This document shows, in pieces, positions 55,401-64,000 of a stretch of DNA of 64,000 nucleotides; positions within the stretch are counted from its first letter, which is position 1; each line of letters starts with the position of its first letter. The position numbers were made by a program, and so were the translations under genes. The notes beneath the pieces were generated by a model that had not been told where the DNA came from, made no database searches, and saw only the letters and a program-made list of their open reading frames with translations. Source of the stretch: the human T2T-CHM13v2.0 reference genome, Homo sapiens; assembly GCF_009914755.1 (NCBI RefSeq), contig NC_060933.1; one strand, 5' to 3'.

Positions 55401-56879
55401 GGAATGGAATGGAAAGGAATACATTGGAATCAACCCGAGTGGAATGGAATGGAAAGGACTGGAATGGAGTGGAATGGAATGGAATGGAATGGAATGGAAT
55501 GGAATGGAATGGAATCAACTTGATTGGAATGGAATGGAATGGAATGGAATGGAATCAACCCGACTGCAGGGGAATGGAATGGAATGGAATGCAATGGAAT
55601 GGATTCAACTTGAATGGAATGGAAAGAATGGAATCAACACGAGTGGAATGGCATGGATTGGAATGGAATGGAATGGAATCAACCCGAGTACAGGGGAATG
55701 GAATGGAATGGAATGCAATGGAATGGAATCATCCGTAATGGAATAGAAAGGAATGGTATGGAATGGAATGGAATGGAATGGAATGGAATGGAATGGAATG
55801 GAATCAACTCGATTGCAATCGAATGGAATGGAATGGAATTAACCCGAATAGAATGGAATGGAATGGAATGGAACGGAACGGAATGGAATGGAATGGAATG
55901 GAACGTAACGGAATGGAATGGATGGAATGGAATGGAATCAACGCGAGTGCAGAGGAATGGAATGGAATGGAATGCAATGGAATGGAAACTTCCGGAATGG
56001 AATGGAATGGAATGGAATGGAATGAAATGCAATGGATTCAACTCGATTGCAATGGAATGGAATAGAATGGAATGAAATGGAATGGAATGCAATTAATCCG
56101 AAAAGAATGGAGTGGAATGGAATGGAACGGAATGGAACAGAATGGAATGGAATGGAATGGAATGGAATGGAATGGTATGGAATAGAATGGAATGGTACAG
56201 AATAGAATGGAATGGAACGAATTGTAATGGAATGGAATTGAATGGAATGGAATGGAATGGAATGGAATCAACGCGAGTGCAGGGGAATGTAATGGAACGG
56301 AATGCAATGGAATGGAATCATCCGGAATGGAATGGAATGGAATGGAATGGAATGGAATGGAATCAACCCGAGTGCAATGGAATGGAGTGGAATGGAATGG
56401 AATGGAATGGAACAACCCGAATGGAATGGAATGTAATGGAGAGTAAGGGAGTTGAATAGAATCAATCCGAATGTAATGGAATGGAATGCAACGGAATGGA
56501 ATGGAATGGAATGCAATGGAATGGAATCAACCCGAGTACAATGGAATGGAATGGAATGGAATGGAATGGAATGGAATGATACGGAATAGAATGGAATGGA
56601 ACGAAATGGAATTGAATGGAAAGGAATGGAATGGAATGGAATGGAATCGTTCAGAGTGGAATAGGAGGGAATGTATTCGAGTGGAATGGAAAGGAATGGA
56701 ATCAACCAGAGTGGAATGGAAGGGAATGGAATGGAATGGAAACTAATAGAATGTAATCAACCCGAGTGGAATGGAATGGAAAGGACTGGAATGGAATGGA
56801 ATGGAATGGAATCAACTCGTTTGTAATGGAATGGAATGGAATGGAATGGAATGGAATGGAATGGAATTAACCCGAATAC

Positions 56880-59800
56880 AATGGAAGGGAATGGAATGGA
56901 ATGGAAACTAATAGAATGGAATCAACCCGAGTGGAATGGAATGGAAAGGACTGGAATGGAATGGAATGGAATGGAATCAACTCGATTGTAATGGAATGGA
57001 ATGGAATGGAATGGAATGGAATGGAATGGAATTAACCCGAATACAATGGAATGGAATGGAATGGAATGGAATGGAGTGGAATGGAATGGAATCAACCCTA
57101 GTGCAGGGGAATGGAATGGAATGGAATGCAATGGAATGGAATCATCCGGAATGGAATCGAATGGAATGGAATGCAAAGCAATGGAATCAACTCGATTGCA
57201 ATGGAATGGAATGGAATGGAAAGGAATACATTGGAATCAACCCGAGTGGAATGGAATGGAAAGGACTGGAATGGAGTGGAATGGAATGGAATGCAATGGA
57301 ATGGAATGGAATGGAATCAACTTGATTGGAATGGAATGGAATGGAATGGGATCAACTTGATTGGAATGGAATGGAATGGAATGGAATGGAATGGAATGGA
57401 ATGGAATGGAATCAACCCGACTGCAGGGGAATGGAATGGAATGCAATGCAATGGAATGGATTCAACTTGAATGGAATGGAAAGAATGGAATCAACACGAG
57501 TGGAATGGCATGGATTGGAATGGAATGGAATGGAATCAACCCGAGTAAAGGGGAATGGAATGGAATGGAATGCAATGGAATGGAATCATCCGTAATGGAA
57601 TGGAAAGGAATGGAATGGAATGGAAAGGAATGGAATGGAATGGAATGGAATGGAATGGAATGGAATCAACTCGATTGCAATCGAATGGAATGGAATGGAA
57701 TTAACCCGAATAGAATGGAATGGAATGGAATGGAACGGAACGGAATGGAATGGAATGGAATGGAATGGAATGGAACGGAACGGAATGGAATGGAATGGAA
57801 TGGAATGGAATGGAATCAACGCGAGTGCAGGGGAATGGAATGGAATGGAATGCAATGGAATGGAATCTTCCGGAATGGAATGGAATTGAATGGAATGGAA
57901 TGGAATGGTATGGAATAAACCCGAGTGCAATGGAATCGAGTGGAATGGAATGGAATGGAATGGAACAACCCGAATGGAATGGAATGTAATGGAGACTAAG
58001 GGAGTTGAATAGAATCAATCCGAATGTAATGGAATGGAATGGAACGGAATGGAATTGAATGGAATGGAATGGAATGGAATGCAATGGAATGGAAACTTCC
58101 GGAATGGAATGGAATGGAATGGAATGGAATGAAATGCAATGGATTCAACTCGATTGCAATGGAATGGAATAGAATGGAATGGAATGGAATGGAATGGAAT
58201 TAATCAGAATAGAATGGAATGGAATGGAATGGAACGGAATGGAACGGAAAGGAATGGAATGGAACGGAATGGAATGGAATGGAATGGAATGGTATGGAAT
58301 GGAATGGAATGGTACGGAATAGAATGGAATGGAACGAATTGTAATGGAATGGAATTGAATGGAATGGAATGGAATGGAATGGAATGGAATCAACGTGAGT
58401 GCAGGGGAAGGTAATGGAACGGAATGCAATGGAATGGAATCATCCGTAATGGAATGGAATGCAATGGAATGGAATGGAATCAACCCGAGTGCAATGGAAT
58501 GGAGTGGAATGGAATGGAATGGAATGGAACAACCCGAATGGAATGGAATGTAATGGAGAGTAAGGGAGTTGAATAGAATCAATCCGAACGTAATGGAGTG
58601 GAATGCAACGGAATGGAATGGAATGGAATGGAATGGAATGCAATGGAATGGAATCAACCCGAGTACAATGGAATGGAATGGAATGGAATGGAATGGAATG
58701 GAATGGAATGGAATGATACGGAATAGAATGGAATGGAACGAAATGGAATGGAATGGAATGGAATGGCATGGAATGGAATCCTTCCGAGTGGAATAGGAGG
58801 GAATGTATTCGAGTGGAATGGATAGAAATGGAATCAACCAGAGTGGAATGGAAGGGAATGGAATGGAATGGAAACTAATAGAATGGAATCAACCCGAGTG
58901 GAATGGAATGGAAAGGACTGGAATGGAATGGAATGGAATGGAATCAAGTCGATTGGAATGGAATGGAATGGAATGGAATGGAATGGAATGGAATGGAATG
59001 GAATGGAATTAACCCGAATACAATGGAATGGAATGGAATGGAATGGAATGGAGTGGAATGGAATGGAATCAACCCGAGTGCAGGGGAATGGAATGGAATG
59101 GAATGCAATGGAATGGAATCATCCGGAATGGAATGGAATGGAATGGAATGCAAAGCAATGGAATAAACTCGATTGCAATGGAATGGAATGGAATGGAAAG
59201 GAATACATTGGAATCAACCCGAGTGGAATGGAATGGAAAGGACTGGAATGGAGTGGAATGGAATGGAATGCAATGGAATGGAATGGAATGGAATCAACTT
59301 GATTGGAATGGAATGGAATGGAATGGAATGGAATGGAATGGAATGGAATCAACCCGACTGCAGGGGAATGGAATGGAATGGAATGCAATGGAATGGATTC
59401 AACTTGAATGGAATGGAAAGAATGGAATCAACACGAGTGAAATGGCATGGATTGGAATGGAATGGAATGGAATCAACCAGAGTACAGGGGAATGGAATGG
59501 AATGGAATGCAATGGAATGGAATCATCCGTAATGGAATGGAAAGGAATGGAATGGAATGGAATGGAATGGAATGGAATGGCATGGAATGGAATCAACTCG
59601 ATTGCAATCGAATGGAATGGAATGGAATTAACCCGAATAGAATGGAATGGAATGGAATGGAACGGAACGGAACGGAACGGAATGGAATGGAATGGAATGG
59701 AATGGTATGGAATGGAATGGAATGGTACGGAATAGAATGGAATGGAACGAATTGTAATGGAATGGAATTGAATGGAATGGAATGGAATGGAATGGAATGG

Positions 59801-62800
59801 AATCAACGTGAGTGCAGGGGAATGAAATGGAACGGAATGCAATGGAATGGAATCATCCGGAATGGAATGGAATGGAATGGAATGGAATGGAATGGAATCA
59901 ACCCGAGTGCAATGGAATGGAGTGGAATGGAATGGAATGGAATGGAACAACCCGAATGGAATGTAATGTAATGGAGAGTAAGGGAGTTGAATAGAATCAA
60001 TTCGAATGTAATGGAATGGAATGCAACGGAATGGAATGGAATGGAATGGAATGGAATGGAATGCAATGGAATGGAATCAACCCGAGTACAATGGAATGGA
60101 ATGGAATGGAATGGAATGGAATGGAATGGAATGATACGGAATAGAAAGGAATGGAACGAAATGGAATGGAATGGAATGGAATGGAATGGAATGGAATGGA
60201 ATCGTTCCGAGTGGAATAGGAGGGAATGTATTCGAGTGGAATGGAAAGGAATGGAATCAACAAGAGTGGAATGGAAGGGAATGGAATGGAATGGAAACTA
60301 ATAGAATGGAATCAACCCGAGTGGAATGGAATGGAAAGGACTGGAATGGAATGGAATGGAATGGAATCAACTCGATTGTAATGGAATGGAATGGAATGGA
60401 ATGGAATGGAATTAACCCGAATACAATGGAAGGGAATGGAATGGAATGGAAACTAATAGAATGGAATCAACCCGAGTGGAATGGAATGGAAAGGACTGGA
60501 ATGGAATGGAATGGAATGGAATCAACTCGATTGTAATGGAATGGAATGGAATGGAATGGAATGGAATGGAATGGAATGGAATTAACCCGAATACAATGGA
60601 ATGGAATGGAATGGAATGGAATGGAATGGAATGGAATGGAATGGAATGGAATGGAATGGAATGGAGGGGAATGGAATGGAATCAACCCGAGTGCAGGGGA
60701 ATGGAATGGAATGGAATGCAATGGAATGGAATCATCCGGAATGGAATGGAATGCAAAGCAATGGAATCAACTCGATTGCAGTGGAATGGAATGGAATGGA
60801 AAGGAATACATTGGAATCAACCCGAGTGGAATGGAATGGAAAGGACTGGAATGGAGTGGAATGGAATGGAATGCAATGGAATGGAATGGAATGGAATCAA
60901 CTTGATTGGAATGGAATGGAATGGAATGGAATGGAATCAACCCGACTGCAGGGGAATGGAATGGAATGTAATGCAATGGAATGTATTCAACTTGAATGGA
61001 ATGGAAAGAATGGAATCAACACGAGTGGAATGGCATGGATTGGAATGGAATGGAATGGAATCAACCCGAGTACAGGGGAATGGAATGGAATGGAATGCAA
61101 TGGAATGGAATCATCCGTAATGGAATGGAAAGGAATGGAATGGAATGGAATGGAATGGAATGGAATGGAATCAACTCGATTGCAATCGAATGGAATGGAA
61201 TGGAATTAACCCGAATAGAATGGAATGGAATGGAATGGAACGGAACGGAATGGAATGGAATGGAATGGAATGGAATGGAACGGAACGGAACGGAATGGAA
61301 TGGAATGGAATGGAATGGAATCAACGCGAGTGCAGGGGAATGGAATGGAATGGAATGCAATGGAATGGAATCTTCCGGAATGGAATGGAATTGAATGGAA
61401 TGGAATGGAATGGTATGGAATAAACCCGAGTGCAATGGAATGGAGTGGAATGGAATGGAATGGAATGGAACAACCCGAATGGAATGGAATGCAATGGAGA
61501 CTAAGGGAGTTGAATAGAATCAATCCGAATGTAATGGAATGGAATGGAACGGAATGGAATTGAATGGAATGGAATGGAATGGAATGCAATGGAATGGAAA
61601 CTTCCGGAATGGAATGGAATAGAATGGAATGGAATGAAATGCAATGGATTCAACTCGATTGCAATGGAATGGAATAGAATGGAATGGAATGCAATGGAAT
61701 GGAATTAATCCGAATAGAATGGAATGGAATGGAATGGAACGGAATGGAACGGAAAGGAATGGAATGGAACGGAATGGAATGGAATGGAATGGAATGGTAT
61801 GGAATGGAATGGAATGGTACGGAATAGAATGGAATGGAACGAATTGTAATGGAATGGAATTGAATGGAATGGAATGGAATGGAATGGAATGGAATCAACG
61901 TGTGTGCAGGGGAATGTAATGGAACGGAATGCAATGGAATGGAATCATCCGGAATGGAATGGAATGCAATGGAATGGAATGGAATCAACCCGAGTGCATT
62001 GGAATGGAGTGGAATGGAATGGAATGGAATGGAACAACCCGAATGGAATGGAATGTAATGGAGAGTAAGGGAGTCGAATAGAATCAATCCGAACGTAATG
62101 GAATGGAATGCAACGGAATGGAATGGAATGGAATGGAATGGAATGCAATGGAATGGAATCAACCCGAGTACAATGGAATGGAATGGAATGTAATGGAATG
62201 GAATGGAATGGAATGGAATGGAATGGAATGATACGGAATAGAATGGAATGGAACGAAGTGGAATGGAATGGAATGGAATGGAATGGAATGGAATGGAATG
62301 GAATGGAATGGAATCGTTCCGAGTGGAATAGGAGGGAATGTATTCGAGTGGAATGGAAAGAAATGGAATCAACCAGAGTGGAATGGAAGGGAATGGAATG
62401 GAATGGAAACTAATAGAATGGAATCAACCTGAGTGGAATGGAATGGAAAGGACTGGAATGGAATGGAATGGAATGGAATCAACTCGATTGTAATGGAATG
62501 GAATGGAATGGAATGGAATGGAATGGAATGGAATGGAATTGAATTAACCCGAATACAATGGAACGGAATGGAATGGAATGGAATGGAGTGGAATGGAATG
62601 GAATCAACCCGAGTGCAGGGGAATGGAATGGAATGGAATGCAATGGAATGGAATCATCCGGAATGGAATGGAATGGAATGGAATGCAAAGCAATGGAATC
62701 AACTCGATTGCAATGGAATGGAATGGAATGGAAAGGAATACATTGGATTCAACCCGAGTGGAATGGAATGGAAAGGACTGGAATGGAGTGGAATGGAATG

Positions 62801-64000
62801 GAATGCAATGGAATGGAATGGAATGGAATCAACTTGATTGGAATGGAGTGGAATGGAATGGAATGGAATCAACCCGACTGCAGGGGAATGGAATGGAATG
62901 GAATGCAATGGAATGGATTCAACTTGAATGGAATGGAAAGAATGGAATCAACACGAGTGGAATGGCATGGATTGGAATGGAATGGAATGGAATCAACCCG
63001 AGTACAGGGGAATGGAATGGAATGGAATGCAATGGAATGGAATCATCCGTAATGGAATGGAAAGGAATGGAATGGAATGGAATGGAATGGAATGGAATGG
63101 AATGGAATCAACTCGATTGCAATCGAATGGAATGGAATGGAATTAACCCGAATAGAATGGAATGGAATGGAATGGAACGGAACGGAACGGAATGGAATGG
63201 AATGGAATGGAATGGAATGGAATGGAATGGAATGGAATGGTATGGAATGGAATGGAATGGTACGGAATAGAATGGAATGGAACGAATTGTAATGGAATGG
63301 AATTGAATGAAATGGAATGGAATGGAATGGAATGGAATCAACGTGAGTGCAGGGGAATGTAATGGAACGGAATGCAATGGAATGGAATCATCCGGAATGG
63401 AATGGAATGGAATGGAATGGAATGGAATCAATCCGAGTGCAATGGAATGGAGTGGAATGGAATGGAATGGAATGGAACAACCCGAATGGAATGGAATGTA
63501 ATGGAGAGTAAGGGAGTTGAATAGAATCAATTCGAATGTAATGGAATGGAATGCAACGGAATGGAATGGAATGGAATGGAATGGAATGGTTCCGAGTGGA
63601 ATAGGAGGGAATGTATTCGAGTGGAATGGAAAGGAATGGAATCAACAAGAGTGGAATGGAAGGGAATAGAATGGAATGGAAACTAATAGAATGGAATCAA
63701 CCCGAGTGGAATGGAATGGAAAGGACTGGAATGGAATGGAATGGAATGGAATCAACTCGATTGTAATGGAATGGAATGGAATGGAATGGAATGGAATGGA
63801 ATGGAATGGAATGGAATGGAATTAACCCGAATACAATGGAAGGGAATGGAATGGAATGGAAACTAATAGAATGGAATCAACCCGAGTGGAATGGAATGGA
63901 AAGGACTGGAATGGAATGGAATGGAATGGAATCAACTCGATTGTAATGGAATGGAATGGAATGGAATGGAATGGAATGGAATGGAATGGAATGGAATGGA
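56880..64000 (+). repeat. Tandem array of a ~3.4-3.55 kb unit (~56880-60420, ~60420-63830, third copy starting ~63830)
   Basis: ORF offset of 3505 (58139/61644, 58359/61864, 57720/61225). CCGAATACAATGGAAGGG occurs at ~56872, ~60417 and ~63827. AATCAATTCGAATG (~59995/~63525) and CAACAAGAGTGG (~60258/~63643) are shared. Confidence 0.85.

Larger units (their letters stand above)
24013..64000 (+). repeat. Satellite III (HSat3) array, right arm: (GGAAT)n on + strand
   Basis: Continuous GGAAT pentamers with the reverse complements of the left-arm spacers (CAACCCGAGT, CAACGCGAGTGCAGGGG, CAACTCGATTGCAATCGA, TTAACCCGAATAG, ATCATCCGG). Same module vocabulary as the left arm, opposite orientation. Confidence 0.97.

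Noticed and set aside
1-64000. Hundreds of ORFs up to ~350 aa (MEWNG and FHSIP repeat peptides)
   Set aside because: (GGAAT)n and (ATTCC)n have no stop codon in any frame, and GGAAT repeats give an ATG every 5 bp. The ORFs overlap in all six frames and have no domain-like content, so they are repeat artefacts.
1-64000. CRISPR-like alternation of repeats and spacers
   Set aside because: The spacers come from a small recurring vocabulary and are not unique. Linker lengths vary, and there are no cas genes or leader.
56880-64000. ~3.5 kb period as the Y-chromosome DYZ1 (3.56 kb) repeat
   Set aside because: The period is local (about two copies) and neighbouring periods differ, whereas DYZ1 is a long uniform array. 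The size match is probably coincidental, and an alignment would settle it.
1-64000. HSat2, alpha satellite or telomeric repeat
   Set aside because: There is no dominant CATTCGATTC-rich ~23-26 bp HSat2 unit, no 171-bp monomer and no TTAGGG array. Long pure CATTC runs with CAACCCGAGT spacers indicate HSat3.

Overview
The whole 64 kb window is classical pentamer satellite DNA, (CATTC/GAATG)n interspersed with diverged spacer motifs such as CAACCCGAGT. This is human/great-ape satellite III (HSat3), and it most resembles the chr9q12-type array (inferred, not database-confirmed). I see no genes, RNA genes, transposons or CRISPR arrays. Every ORF in the track (MEWNG/FHSIP repeats) follows from the pentamer having no stop codon. 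The main structural feature is one clean strand switch at 24012/24013: CATTC on + to the left, GGAAT on + to the right, joined with no spacer through a 12-bp palindrome (ATTCCATGGAAT). The array has no single higher-order repeat. It is a mosaic of reshuffled sub-kilobase modules with local tandem duplications of about 0.58, 1.47, 2.76, 3.1, 3.5 and 4.2 kb. About 37 perfect three-unit heat-shock elements (GGAATCTTCCGGAAT / GGAAACTTCCGGAAT) sit in one module. Sequence variants are zoned roughly symmetrically around the inversion point. I found no new protein-coding system. Block boundaries and motif counts were made by eye and are approximate.
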